A stretch of 63,877 nt of DNA, counting the filler, from Lama guanicoe (Eukaryota), in NCBI GenBank assembly GCA_013239625.1. It is 76 parts of 74 records of this genome, joined end to end, with 100 filler letters (N's around TTAATTAATTAA, not from the genome) between each part and the next. Parts side by side here need not be neighbours in the genome. Positions count along the whole stretch, not along the records: positions 51,341 to 52,364 come from MU056419.1; positions 52,465 to 52,986 come from MU056421.1; positions 53,087 to 53,549 come from MU056422.1; positions 53,650 to 54,386 come from MU056424.1; positions 54,487 to 55,647 come from MU056427.1; positions 55,748 to 56,256 come from MU056428.1; positions 56,357 to 57,124 come from MU056429.1; positions 57,225 to 58,007 come from PNXV01020827.1; 68 more parts are not named here. One strand, given 5' to 3'. Under the pieces are notes generated by a model that was given only the letters and a program-made list of their open reading frames with translations, did no database searches and was not told where the DNA came from. Shown here in pieces: positions 51,455 through 63,877 of the stretch. The translations under genes and the position numbers were made by a program. The first letter of the stretch is position 1. Every line of letters starts with the position of its first letter.

Positions 51455-52364
51455 AAATATATATGGGGAGGTACAAGCTCCAAAACGAGTTTACAGTGAA
51501 AACGTCAGGCACTTCAAACCGGCACTAGGAAACAGACTGAGAAACCAGATTATGTGTTTCCCCTGCAACCCGTTCCCTTTGTGCTGGATGAACGAACGTC
51601 TCTCCACATGCTCAGTTCTGAGAGATAAGTGTGTGTGAAAGCCGTCCTTCANNNNNNNNNNNNNNNNNNNNNNNNNNNNNNNNNNNNNNNNNNNNNNNNN
51701 NNNNNNNNNNNNNNNNNNNNNNNNNNNNNNNNNNNNNNNNNNNNNNNNNNNNNNNNNNNNNNNNNNNNNNNNNNNNNNNNNNNNNNNNNNGAGAAACCAG
51801 AGTAAGTGTTTCTCCTGCAACCCGTTCCCTTTGTGCTGGATGAATAAACGTCTCTCCACATGGCCAGTTCTCAGAGATACGTGTGTGTGAAAGCCTTCCT
51901 TCACCTAGCTTGAAGGGAACACAAAGTTTGTTTTCAGTTGCCAACTCCACTCAATACATAAATATGGGGATGTACAAGCTACAACTCGGTTTTACAGTGA
52001 AAACGGAGGGCACTTCAAACAGGTAGTAGGAAAAAGACTGAGAAACCAGAGTAAGTGTTTCCCCTGCAACCAGTTCCATTTGTGCTGGATGAACGAACGT
52101 CTCTCCACATGCACAGTTCTGAGAGATAGGTGTGGGTGAAACCCTTCCTTCATCTAGCTTGAAGGGAACAAAAAGTTTCTTTTCTATTGACAACACCACT
52201 CCATACATATATATGGGGATGTACAACCTCCAACTCGGTTTTACACTGAAAAAGGCAGGCACTTCAAACCGGCCCTAGGAAACAGACTGAGATACCAGAG
52301 TATGTGTCTCTCCTACAAACCCTTCCCTTTGTGCTGGATGAACGAACGTCTCTCCACATGCTCA
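51455..52364 (+). repeat. Satellite B, preceded by a non-satellite flank
   Basis: B motifs with period ~249. Confidence 0.93.
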
Positions 52365-52464
52365 NNNNNNNNNNNNNNNNNNNNNNNNNNNNNNNNNNNN
52401 NNNNNNNNTTAATTAATTAANNNNNNNNNNNNNNNNNNNNNNNNNNNNNNNNNNNNNNNNNNNN

Positions 52465-52986
52465 GCATTCCCTGGCACAGAGACATTAGGAAAAAACTCA
52501 GGGGAGTCCAGCTCAGGCATTCCGTTGGAACCACGCGCTGCCGATCGTTGGTGGAACCTCCCCACGCTCAGGGTTCCGGAACCATTGTCAGTGCGTGGGG
52601 GAGCTCGAGAGAGAGCTCCACACAGCTCTCTTCTTTCACAGGTGTTCCCTGTCCGGAGAAGTCCGAGAAATACATTCCCTGACCTTGGGGAGGCTGCCTC
52701 TGTCACTGGGATTTCCTGCAACATCCCGTAGCATTCCCTGGCACAGAGACATGAGGAAAACCCTCAGGGGAGACCAGCTCAGGCATTCNNNNNNNNNNNN
52801 NNNNNNNNNNNNNNNNNNNNNNNNNNNNNNNNNNNNNNNNNNNNNNNNNNNNNNNNNNNNNNNNNNNNNNNNNNNNNNNNNGGGGAGCTCGAGAGACAAC
52901 TCCACGCAGCTCTCTTCATTGACAGGTGTTCCCTGTCCGGGGAAGTCCTAGAAATAACTTCCATGACCTTGGGGAGGCAGCCTCTG
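52465..52986 (+). repeat. Satellite C
   Basis: gcattccctggcacagagaca...ggggagctcgagagacaactcc. Confidence 0.93.
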
Positions 52987-53649
52987 NNNNNNNNNNNNNN
53001 NNNNNNNNNNNNNNNNNNNNNNNNNNNNNNTTAATTAATTAANNNNNNNNNNNNNNNNNNNNNNNNNNNNNNNNNNNNNNNNNNNNGGCCCAGGAGAAGG
53101 GACTCAAGGTTCTCCCGTGGTCTGAGCTTTGAAGGATCCGAGGTCTAGGGGAGCTCCTAATTAGCCGACACAATTGCCAGTCAGCAGATGAGGATGGAGG
53201 ATCCCAGGATAGGCTGTTCTCAATCCGACCCCTGGGCTTTCGGGAGCCACGGGAAAGGCCTGTGTCCAGGGCATAGCCCAGCCATCACAGATCCCAGCCT
53301 GCATTTGTCAACCCGGACAGCCTGGACTCCATCTACTTGCGACACTTACATCTGTTCTGTTCCCCACACAGAATGTGATAGACTCATTCAGATATTCTGA
53401 CCTGTCTCAAGCGAGAGAAATTCAGTGAAATATGAAGTGTCCACATTTGGACCAGANNNNNNNNNNNNNNNNNNNNNNNNNNNNNNNNNNNNNNNNAACT
53501 CTTCCCCCAGGTGAGATGTACCAGGGTAGGAGTAAGAATACAAGGTCTTNNNNNNNNNNNNNNNNNNNNNNNNNNNNNNNNNNNNNNNNNNNNTTAATTA
53601 ATTAANNNNNNNNNNNNNNNNNNNNNNNNNNNNNNNNNNNNNNNNNNNN

Positions 53650-54386
53650 CAATATTCTGCATTCCGTATCTAACATTCCATATTCTGTGTTCTAATTTTT
53701 ATATTCAGTATTCTGTATTCTTTATTCTAAATTCGGTGTTCTACATTCCATGTTCTTAATTCTGGGTTCTATATTTTCTATTCTATATTCTANNNNNNNN
53801 NNNNNNNNNNNNNNNNNNNNNNNNNNNNNNNNNNNNNNNNNNNNNNNNNNNNNNNNNNNNNNNNNNNNNNNNNNNNNNNNNNNNNNNNNNNNNNNNNNNN
53901 NNNNNNNNNNNNNNNNNNNNNNNNNNNNNNNNNNNNNNNNNNNNNNNNNNNNNNNNNNNNNNNNNNNNNNNNNNNNNNNNNNNNNNNNNNACTCTCTATT
54001 CTGTGTTCTATATTCTATATTCTAATTTCTATATTCAGTATTCGGTATTCTATATTCTAATTTCTATATTCAGTATTCGGTATTCTATATTCTAATTTCT
54101 ATATTCAGTATTCGGTATTCTATATTCTAATTTCTATATTCAGTATTCGGTATTCTATATTCTAATTTCTATATTCAGTATTCGGTATTCTATATTCTAA
54201 TTTCTATATTCAGTATTCGGTATTCTATATTCTAAATTCTATATCCAGATTTTTGTATTCTATATTCTGCTTTCCGTATTCTCTATCCTTTATTCTGTTT
54301 TCTACATTGTATATTCTAAATTCTATATCCAGATTTTTGTATTCTATATTCTAAATTCTGTGTTCTATATTGTATATTCATAATCT
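53650..54386 (+). repeat. Satellite A with a perfect 35-bp x6 run (54026-54235)
   Basis: Six exact copies of tttctatattcagtattcggtattctatattctaa. Confidence 0.93.
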
Positions 54387-54486
54387 NNNNNNNNNNNNNN
54401 NNNNNNNNNNNNNNNNNNNNNNNNNNNNNNTTAATTAATTAANNNNNNNNNNNNNNNNNNNNNNNNNNNNNNNNNNNNNNNNNNNN

Positions 54487-55647
54487 TTTCTGTTTTCTGT
54501 TTCCATATTCTATATTCTGTGTTCTACATTGTATAATATTGATTCTATGTTCAGTGTTCTGTAATCTATATCTTAATTCTGTGTTCTGCATTCCATGTTC
54601 TAATTTCTCTTTTCTATAATCTATATCCAATGTTCTACTTTCTATAATCTAAATTCTATTTTCAGTATTCTTCATTCTATATTCTAAATTCTGTGTTCTG
54701 CATTCCATGTTCTAAATTCTNNNNNNNNNNNNNNNNNNNNNNNNNNNNNNNNNNNNNNNNNNNNNNNNNNNNNNNNNNNNNNNNNNNNNNNNNNNNNNNN
54801 NNNNNNNNNNNNNNNNNNNNNNNNNNNNNNNNNNNNNNNNNNNNNNNNNNNNNNNNNNNNNNNNNNNNNNNNNNNNNNNNNNNNNNNNNNNNNNNNNNNN
54901 NNNNNNNNNNNNNNNNNNNNNNNNNNNNNNNNNNNNNNNNNNNNNNNNNNNNNNNNNNNNNNNNNNNNNNNNNNNNNNNNNNNNNNNNNNNNNNNNNNNN
55001 NNNNNNNNNNNNNNNNNNNNNNNNNNNNNNNNNNNNNNNNNNNNNNNNNNNNNNNNNNNNNNNNNNNNNNNNNNNNNNNNNNNNNNNNNNNNNNNNNNNN
55101 NNNNNNNNNNNNNNNNNNNNNTATATTCCAAATATTCAGTATTCTGTATTCTATATTCTGAATTCTGTGTTCTGCATTCTATTGTCTAAATTCTATGTTC
55201 AGTATACTGTATTATATATTTTAAATTCTGTGTTCCGCATTCCATGTTCTAAATTCTGGTTTTTTTATTCTGTATTCTATATTCTATATTCTGTGTTCTA
55301 CATACTATATTCTAATTTCTATATTCAGTATTCTGTAATCTGTATTCTTTTTTCCATATTCTATATTCTGTTTTCTAAATTTTATATTCTGTATACTATA
55401 TTCTGCATTCCGTAATGTATATTCTATATTCTGTGTTCTACATTCTATATATTAAATTCTGCATTCAGTATTCTATATTCTTTATACTGTGTTCTACATT
55501 CTATATTCTAAATTCTATCTTCATTATTCTGTATTCTATATTCTAAATTCTGTCTTCTGCATTCTATGTTCTAAATCTGGGTTCTGTATTCTGTTTTACA
55601 TGTTTTATATTCTGTGTTCTACATTCTATATTGTGTATTGTATATTC
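54487..55647 (+). repeat. Satellite A, gapped
   Basis: ATTCTAT heptamers. Confidence 0.93.
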
Positions 55648-55747
55648 NNNNNNNNNNNNNNNNNNNNNNNNNNNNNNNNNNNNNNNNNNNNTTAATTAAT
55701 TAANNNNNNNNNNNNNNNNNNNNNNNNNNNNNNNNNNNNNNNNNNNN

Positions 55748-56256
55748 ATGCAGAACACAGAATTCAGAATATAGAATACAGAATACTGAATATAGATTTT
55801 AGATTATACAATGTAGAACACAGAATATAGAATATAGGACACGGAATGTAGAATATAGAATACAGAATATAGAATATAGAACACAAAATATAGAATATGG
55901 AAAACAGAATACATNNNNNNNNNNNNNNNNNNNNNNNNNNNNNNNNNNNNNNNNNNNNNNNNNNNNNNNNNNNNNNNNNNNNNNNNNNNNNNNNNNNNNN
56001 NNNNNNNNNNNNNNNNNNNNNNNNNNNNNNNNNNNNNNNNNNNNNNNNNNNNNNNNNNNNNNNNNNNNNNNNNNNNNNNNNNNATATAGAATGGAGAATA
56101 TAGAACCCAGAAGTAAGAAACGGAATGCAGAAGAGGGAATTTCGAATATAGAATACAGAACACTGAATAAAGATTTTAGAATATTGAATTTAGAAAACAG
56201 AATATGAAGTGTAGAATACGGCATGCAGAATATAGCATGTAGAAAATAGAATGAAG
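55748..56256 (-). repeat. Satellite A, gapped
   Basis: ATAGAAT heptamers. Confidence 0.92.
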
Positions 56257-56356
56257 NNNNNNNNNNNNNNNNNNNNNNNNNNNNNNNNNNNNNNNNNNNN
56301 TTAATTAATTAANNNNNNNNNNNNNNNNNNNNNNNNNNNNNNNNNNNNNNNNNNNN

Positions 56357-57124
56357 CATTGTGACTACTGTGAATTGATACTTCATTATAGTTTTGAATT
56401 GCCCTATTCTGATAATGATAGTGAGCATTTTTTTTCATATATCTGTGTGTCATTTGAATGTCTCTATTGGTGAATTGCTTGTTTAGGGCTTCTGCATATT
56501 TTTAGATTGGGTTTCTTGATTTTTATTATTATTATTAGGTTGTATGAAGTCTTTATATTTTGGAAATTAAGACTTTGTCAGTTGCATCACTTCTTAATAT
56601 TTTCTTTAATCCTGTAGGTTGTCATTTTAATTTGTTTATGGTTCCCTTTGNNNNNNNNNNNNNNNNNNNNNNNNNNNNNNNNNNNNNNNNNNNNNNNNNN
56701 NNNNNNNNNNNNNNNNNNNNNNNNNNNNNNNNNNNNNNNNNNNNNNNNNNNNNNNNNNNNNNNNNNNNNNNNNNNNNNNNNNNNNNNNNNNNNNNNNNNN
56801 NNNNNNNNNNNNNNNNNNNNNNNNNNNNNNNNNNNNNNNNNNNNNNNNNNNNNNNNTTCTAACTCCATTACTCTGCATGCTCCTATCCAGTTTTCCCACC
56901 AGTTGGTGAAGAGATGTTTTTTCTCTGTCATATTACTGGCTACTCTGTCAAATCTTAATTGAACATAGGCCTTTAGATTCATTCCTAGGTTCTCTAATCT
57001 GTTCCAATGGTCCATATGCCTGTTTCTGTACCAATATGATGTCATTTTCATTATTGTAGCTCTGCAATATTGTACGGAGAACTGATGGGTTATTCCTCCA
57101 GCCTCTTTCTTTTGCTTCAATATT
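56357..57124 (-). mobile_element. Degenerate LINE-1 distal ORF2
   Basis: Minus-strand KKEAGGIT...YCRATI...WYRNRHMDHWNRLE...LFTNWWENW. Confidence 0.88.
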
Positions 57125-58107
57125 NNNNNNNNNNNNNNNNNNNNNNNNNNNNNNNNNNNNNNNNNNNNTTAATTAATTAANNNNNNNNNNNNNNNNNNNN
57201 NNNNNNNNNNNNNNNNNNNNNNNNTACCGTGAAATAAGTAGTATTTTATGTATTATAGAAGTACAGATTACTGGTTCACTTGCTGAAGAGAGATAAATGA
57301 GAACAGAGGAAAGGAGGGGATGAGGCCGACTCTGGAGCAGATGCAGGGGATCATCACCACTCACTGGACAGTCTGGCACATTCAACATATCCCCCCAAAG
57401 TTCATTCTAAACAGGCTTGACACAAGTGGACATCAACAAGTGGCTCAGTCATCTGCTCCTGCCTTATCTCGGGAACTTCCCTGGAGCAAATGCATCGTAA
57501 ACCACAGATAATAAGGAAATGTCTAATAATGATAACAACTGGGAGTGCAATGTCTCTCTCACAAAATATTTATAAAACTCACTGTGGGAATGGGAGAGGG
57601 CAGGAGGGATGTGACTGAGGAAGGCACTGCCCTGTATTCTTTGTATCTAGCATGTCTGTTATTCGTAGGTTTTAAAAACTCTTCAACGTTTCTCAGTTAA
57701 TCTGGAGTAGATGGAACAGGTCAGGGAGGCAAGATTAGAAGAAAGGAGGCAGGGCATGTAGCGGTGCCAGGGTGGCCATGAAAGGGAGACAGACACAGAC
57801 AGGCAGACACAGACGGTTGAGGGATGAGGTGGAACAATAAGACGGCGGCTCAGCTGTGTCTTGCTGTTGCTGATACTTTCCTCAACTGGCTCATTACTGA
57901 CTCGGCAGTGCTTGGTATAACCTGTGGATTTCTTCAGCTCTGAGTTCAGTCTGGAACCCCCCCCAAGGGGGACTCAGCTCTGAGAACAGCCTGCAGTCCT
58001 GGGAAACNNNNNNNNNNNNNNNNNNNNNNNNNNNNNNNNNNNNNNNNNNNNTTAATTAATTAANNNNNNNNNNNNNNNNNNNNNNNNNNNNNNNNNNNNN
58101 NNNNNNN

Positions 58108-58538
58108 CCGACGCGGACGCCACCGGCGCCGCCAACGCTCTGGGCTGGCCCGTCCGCGGCCGCCGCTTGGCTCAAGCTGCGCCTCCTAAAGGGACCGCGC
58201 CGCTGCCTGTGCAGCCGCCGCCGCTGGCAGGCTGAGGAGGGACAGCGGCGCTCAGAAGAGCCCCGGGCCGCTGGGAACGACTGCCTCCTGCCTGCCGGCC
58301 TGATCAAGGGGCGGGCCGGCGGCCGGGGCAGGGGCGTGGCCGAGGAGGGCACGGGGGCGGGGCCGGGCTGCGTGCACAGCATGGGGAGTGGCTCCTTTGG
58401 CCAGGGGGCGGGGTTGCGCGCTAAGGGCCAACACACGTGTGCGAACTGGTATCCGCCCTGATTTGCATTCTCAACTAAGAGTTCTTCCCAACAAACATGA
58501 GCCGTTTTCACAAGAACAGCTCGCCCAGTAGCGACAGC
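58108..58538. promoter_or_regulatory. CpG-island promoter-like fragment
   Basis: CpG-dense; GGGGCGGGG boxes at 58354 and 58405, CACGTG at 58434, ATTTGCAT at 58461. Confidence 0.65.
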
Positions 58539-58638
58539 NNNNNNNNNNNNNNNNNNNNNNNNNNNNNNNNNNNNNNNNNNNNTTAATTAATTAANNNNNN
58601 NNNNNNNNNNNNNNNNNNNNNNNNNNNNNNNNNNNNNN

Positions 58639-59650
58639 CTCGCTAATACTTGGCTTTAGAGCCCATCCCCCACCACCGCTTACTGCTGGGCCTAGGAAAA
58701 CAATTAGGTAAGTCAAGCTAAGGGATTCTATTAAAAACCAGGTGCTGCTGTCTGTTGGAGAAACCTCCCCACACTCAGAAACCCAGAACACTGCTTCCTG
58801 TGTGTGCTGGACGTGGGGAAACATAGCACACGCATTTTCCAGGGGTCACAGTAATTCCCAAGTTGTGGGTTGTAATTTAAACATCTCCACTGCCCATGTA
58901 GTGGCACACGCTAATACTTAGTTTTAGATCCCAAATCCCACTTTAAACCGCACACTAGCCTAGGCAAACCATCAGGGATTACAAGCAAAGGGTTCTATTA
59001 AAACCAAGACGCTGATGTCAGTTGGAGGAACTACCCCACCCTCAGGATACTGGAACCCAACCTTGTGTGGTGGGGAGATTTGAAGCCCCACTCCACGCAG
59101 ATGAATGGGTGCTCAGGTGTTTCCCTTTATGGAGAATTCATCNNNNNNNNNNNNNNNNNNNNNNNNNNNNNNNNNNNNNNNNNNNNNNNNNNNNNNNNNN
59201 NNNNNNNNNNNNNNNNNNNNNNNNNNNNNNNNNNNNNNNNNNNNNNNNNNNNNNNNNNNNNNNNNNNNNNNNNNNNNNNNNNNNNNNNNNNNNNNNNNNN
59301 NNNNNNNNNNNNNNNNNNNNNNNNNNNNNNNNNNNNNNNNNNNNNNNNNNNNNNNNNNNNNNNNNNNNNNNNNNNNNNNNNNNNNNNNNNNNNNNNNNNN
59401 NNNNNNNNNNNNNNNNNNNNNNNNNNNNNNNNNNNNNNNNNNNNNNNNNNNNTTGGATTTAGAGCTCAACCCACCCTTTCCCCAGCACTCCGTATCAGGC
59501 AACCAAACAGGGTAGACAAGTTAAGCGATTTTATAAGAACCAAGGCCCTGCTCTCAGTTGGAGGTGGCTGCCTACCCTCAGTATAACTGTGTAAGTGTTC
59601 TTGTGTGTGCTGGAGGTTTGGAAACAGACTCCACGGATCTTTATGGGGGC
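58639..59650 (+). repeat. Satellite D (diverged ~268-bp relative of C)
   Basis: cgctaatact at 58641 and 58909; C-like gttggaggaac..cccac.ctcaggat and actccacgcag...caggtgtttccct. Confidence 0.82.
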
Positions 59651-59750
59651 NNNNNNNNNNNNNNNNNNNNNNNNNNNNNNNNNNNNNNNNNNNNTTAATT
59701 AATTAANNNNNNNNNNNNNNNNNNNNNNNNNNNNNNNNNNNNNNNNNNNN

Positions 59751-61225
59751 AAAAAGAGAAAAGAAAAAAAGAAAAAGAAGAGAAAAAAATAAGAGAGAGC
59801 GAGAAAGATATTTAAAAGAAGGGAGAAAGAGGGTTTGAAAACAATGTACAATGAATAATAGAAGAGCGGGTTGAAGCAGAGTATTAATCGGGTGATGTCC
59901 TTTTAAAACCTTTAAAAAAAAAAAGGGGGGGTGGGGAGATGAATATATATGTTTGAAGCCTGTGTCTAATCAATAACAGGACATCAAAACCCAAGAGAAA
60001 TAGAAATGAATTAAGAAGTAAAAATTAAGAGAGTAATTGAAAATAGAAGAGGTAAAAACAGATTAGAAAAAAAACAAAAACAAAAGACAAAAAACAAAAC
60101 AAAACGAAAAAAACAAAACAAAACAAACAAAAAAAGGGGGTTGTCGATGTTCTCCTGGAGTGTGTGTGCTTTTAATGTGATGTCCTTCTCTCTTGTCCTG
60201 TCTGTTTTGGAAGCTCAGCTTGTTTTCATAGGCCCTCCGTTGGCGCCCTCTTCTGTGCTGCTCCCAGCACCTGTCGGCAAGCACATCGCGCCTCCTTCTA
60301 ACACAGGGTAAGATGCAGCTCTCCTCTGCTTTGGGCGGGCGGGTCACTGCCCCTCCGGATGCCGCAGTCAGATGTTGCAGACTGGCCAGGCAGGAGGGCG
60401 GGTCGTGCCCCCTCCCAGCACCTCGGTCAGGGGCTGTGTTCCTGCCCGACAGGCGGGGGGGTGGNNNNNNNNNNNNNNNNNNNNNNNNNNNNNNNNNNNN
60501 NNNNNNNNNNNNNNNNNNNNNNNNNNNNNNNNNNNNNNNNNNNNNNNNNNNNNNNNNNNNNNNNNNNNNNNNNNNNNNNNNNNNNNNNNNNNNNNNNNNN
60601 NNNNNNNNNNNNNNNNNNNNNNNNNNNNNNNNNNNNNNNNNNNNNNNNNNNNNNNNNNNNNNNNNNNNNNNNNNNNNNNNNNNNNNNNNNNNNNNNNNNN
60701 NNNNNNNNNNNNNNNNNNNNNNNNNNNNNNNNNNNNNNNNNNNNNNNNNNNNNNNNNNNNNNNNNNNNNNNNNNNNNNNNNNNNNNNNNNNNNNNNNNNN
60801 NNNNNNNNNNNNNNNNNNNNNNNNNNNNNNNNNNNNNNNNNNNNNNNNNNNNNNNNNNNNNNNNNNNNNNNNNNNNNNNNNNNNNNNNNNNNNNNNNNNN
60901 NNNNNNNNNNNNNNNNNNNNNNNNNNNNNNNNNNNNNNNNNNNNNNNNNNNNNNNNNNNNNNNNNNNNNNNNNNNNNNNNNNNNNNNNNNNNNNNNNNNN
61001 NNNNNNNNNNNNNNNNNNNNNNNNNNNNNNNNNNNNNNNNNNNNNNNNNNNNNNNNNNNNNNNNNNNNNNNNNNNNNNNNNNNNNNNNNNNNNNNNNNNN
61101 NNNNNNNNNNNNNNNNNNNNNNNNNNNNNNNNNNNNNNNNNNNNNNNNNNNNNNNNNNNNNNNNNNNNGGGCCCCGCCCCTCTTCCCCTGAAAATTTCCG
61201 CGGGTTTTCAGAGATGGGGGTATGC
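59751..61225 (-). mobile_element. Probable LINE-1 5' UTR (antisense): purine-rich tract followed by a GC-rich promoter region
   Basis: A-rich AAAG/AAAC tracts grading into GC-rich CpG sequence, the typical antisense layout of laurasiatherian L1 5' UTRs. Confidence 0.55.
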
Positions 61226-61325
61226 NNNNNNNNNNNNNNNNNNNNNNNNNNNNNNNNNNNNNNNNNNNNTTAATTAATTAANNNNNNNNNNNNNNNNNNN
61301 NNNNNNNNNNNNNNNNNNNNNNNNN

Positions 61326-62206
61326 GATGAACGAACGTCTCTCCATGTGCTCAGTTTTGAGAGTTAAGTGTGTGTGAAAGCCTTCCTTCACCTATCTTTT
61401 TGGGAACACACAGTTTCTCTTCAGTTGCCAAATCCACCACATACTCATATATGGGGTGGTACAAGCTCCAACTCGGTTTTACAGTGAAAGTTGCAGGAAC
61501 GTCAAACCGGCACTAGGAAACACACAGAGAAACCTGAGTAAGTGTTTCACCTTCATCCTGTTCCCTTTGTGCTAGATGAACGAACGTCTCTCTACGTGCT
61601 CAGTTTTGAGAGATAAGTTTGTGTGAACGCCATCCTTCCCCATGCTTGCTGGGAACACATAGTTTCTCTTCAGTTGCCAAATACACCACATACGCATATA
61701 TGGGGAGGTACAAGTTCCAACTCTGTTTTACAGTGAAAGCTGCAGGAACTTCAAACCGCACTTGGAAACAGACAGAGAAACCAGAGTAAGTGTTTCATCT
61801 GTAACCATTTCCCTTTGTGCTAGATGAACGAACGTCTCTCCACATGCTCAGTTTTGACAGTTAAGCGTGTGTGAAAGCCATCGTTCACCTACCTTGTTGG
61901 GAACACAAAGTTTCTCTTCAGATGCAAAATCCTCAACATACACATATATGGGTAGGTACAAGCTCCAACTCGTTTTTACAGTGAAAGCTGCAGGAACTTC
62001 AAACCGGCACTAGGAAACAGACTGAGAAACCAGAGTAAGTGTTTATCCTGCAAACTGCTCTCTTTGTGTTCGATGTAAGAACGTCTGCCCACATGTTCTT
62101 TTCTGAGAGTTAATCCTGTGTGAAAGCAGTCCTTCACCTAACTTGTTGAGAACACACGTTTCTCTTCATTTGCGAACATCACTACATACATATATATGGA
62201 GAGGTA
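61326..62206 (+). repeat. Satellite B, more diverged variant (aaagctgcaggaac type), ~3.5 monomers
   Basis: gatgaacgaacgtctc recurs at ~249-bp spacing. Confidence 0.92.
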
Positions 62207-62306
62207 NNNNNNNNNNNNNNNNNNNNNNNNNNNNNNNNNNNNNNNNNNNNTTAATTAATTAANNNNNNNNNNNNNNNNNNNNNNNNNNNNNNNNNNNNNN
62301 NNNNNN

Positions 62307-62856
62307 TGTTCCCTGCTTGGGGAAGTCCTAGAAATAACTTCCCTGACCTTGGGGAGGCCGCCTCCGTCACTGGGATTTCCTGCAACCCCCCCTAGCATTC
62401 CCTGGCACAGAGACATGAGGAAAACCCTCAGGGGAGACAAGCTCAGGCATTCCGTTGGTACCCACGCGCTGCCGACCGTAGGTTGGAACCTCCCCACGTT
62501 CAGGGTTCCGGAACCATTGTCACTGCGTGGGGGATCTCGAGAGACAATTCCACGCAGCTCTCTTCAGTCACAGGTATTCCCTGTCCGGGGAAGTCCGNNN
62601 NNNNNNNNNNNNNNNNNNNNNNNNNNNNNNNNNNNNNNNNNNNNNNNNNNNNNNNNNNNNNNNNNNNNNNNNNNNNNNNNNNNNNNNNNNNNNNNNNNNN
62701 NNNNNNNNNNNNNNNNNNNNNNNNNNNNNNNNNNNNNNNNNNNNNNNNNNNNTTGGTGGAACCACGCTCAGGGTTCCGGAACCATTGTCAGTGCGTAGAG
62801 GAGCTCCAGAGAAAACTCCACACAGCTCTCTTAAGTCACAGGTGTTCCCTGCTCGG
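62307..62856 (+). repeat. Satellite C
   Basis: C motifs. Confidence 0.92.
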
Positions 62857-62956
62857 NNNNNNNNNNNNNNNNNNNNNNNNNNNNNNNNNNNNNNNNNNNN
62901 TTAATTAATTAANNNNNNNNNNNNNNNNNNNNNNNNNNNNNNNNNNNNNNNNNNNN

Positions 62957-63877
62957 CAGCACCTGGATTCTATAAGTATCCCTTAGCTTCTGTTCCCTGA
63001 GTGTTACTTTAGGCCAGGGCATGAGGGAAAACTGGGGGTTGGGCTTGGAGGCCAAATAGCAGTGAGTGCCCCCTGATCCACTGAGGAAGTACTTAGAGGA
63101 CTTCTCCCTAAACGGAACACCTTTTCCTCCATTCATCTGGGTGCAGTGGGGCTGCACATCTCTCCCACACCTAAGAATGTGTTCTGGAATTCTGAGTGCA
63201 GGGAAGNNNNNNNNNNNNNNNNNNNNNNNNNNNNNNNNNNNNNNNNNNNNNNNNNNNNNNNNNNNNNNNNNNNNNNNNNNNNNNNNNNNNNNNNNNNNNN
63301 NNNNNNNNNNNNNNNNNNNNNNNNNNNNNNNNNNNNNNNNNNNNNNNNNNNNNNNNNNNNNNNNNNNNNNNNNNNNNNNNNNNNNNNNNNNNNNNNNNNN
63401 NNNNNNNNNNNNNNNNNNNNNNNNNNNNNNNNNNNNNGCACAGTTATCCTGAGAGTGGGCAGACTCCTCCAACTGAGAGCAGGGCCTTGGTTCTTATAAA
63501 ATCGCTTAACTTGTCTACCCTGTTTGGTTGAGTGATACGGAGTGCTGGTGAAAGGGTGGGTTGGGCTCTAAATCCAAGTATTAGCGAGTGCTTCTCCATT
63601 GGATTTGGAGGTTATTAAGCAAAAAACACAACATGGGAATACCTGTGCTCATTGAAAAATGCGTGGACTCTGTATCCCCAACTCCAGAACACACATAAGA
63701 AGTGTTCTGGTATCCTGAGTATGGCAGGCACTTTAAGGTGACAGAAGCGGCTGGGTTCTAATAGAATCCCTTAGCTTGAAATCCCTGAGTATTTCCCTAG
63801 GACTGATTCTGAGAGAAACCTGAGGGTAGGGCTTTGAGGTCAAATAGTAGCGAGTGCCCCCCGATGGACTGAGGAAG
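62957..63877 (-). repeat. Satellite D
   Basis: gagtgc at 63586 and 63852 (period 266); 63470-63577 is a near-identical reverse complement of 59453-59560. Confidence 0.82.

Noticed and set aside
60313..61277. ORFs of ~300 aa
   Set aside because: Almost entirely X residues from an assembly gap
857..62956. Regularly interspaced TTAATTAATTAA repeats resembling a CRISPR-like or cassette array
   Set aside because: Always embedded in a fixed 44+44 N block; a synthetic six-frame-stop linker, so neighbouring pieces are unrelated scaffolds

Overview
This window is not a contiguous locus. It is an artificial concatenation of about 76 short (0.2-1.5 kb) gapped mammalian scaffolds joined by about 75 identical 100-bp linkers (N44-TTAATTAATTAA-N44, which puts stops in all six frames). 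Adjacency across linkers has no biological meaning. A camelid source (alpaca/llama/camel) is inferred from a tRNA-Ala-derived SINE and the L1 3' end style; this is recognition from memory, not a search. About 32 scaffolds are satellite DNA from four families: (A) an AT-rich 7-bp-based satellite (ATTCTAT/ATTCTGT/GTTCTAC variants) with 63-bp and ~189-bp higher-order phrases; (B) a ~249-bp satellite; (C) a GC-rich ~266-267-bp satellite with two subfamilies; (D) a diverged ~266-268-bp relative of C with higher-order organisation. The rest comprises LINE-1 fragments, L2, hAT-Charlie relics, one SINE, two CpG-island-like fragments and unassigned sequence. One scaffold holds a defective betaretroviral (MPMV/JSRV-like) gag-dUTPase-pro fragment with an intact -1 frameshift signal. 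No intact host gene is recognisable, and nearly all listed ORFs are artefacts of N runs or satellites. I found no evidence of a novel multi-gene system; the best leads are satellite architecture and the endogenous retrovirus.
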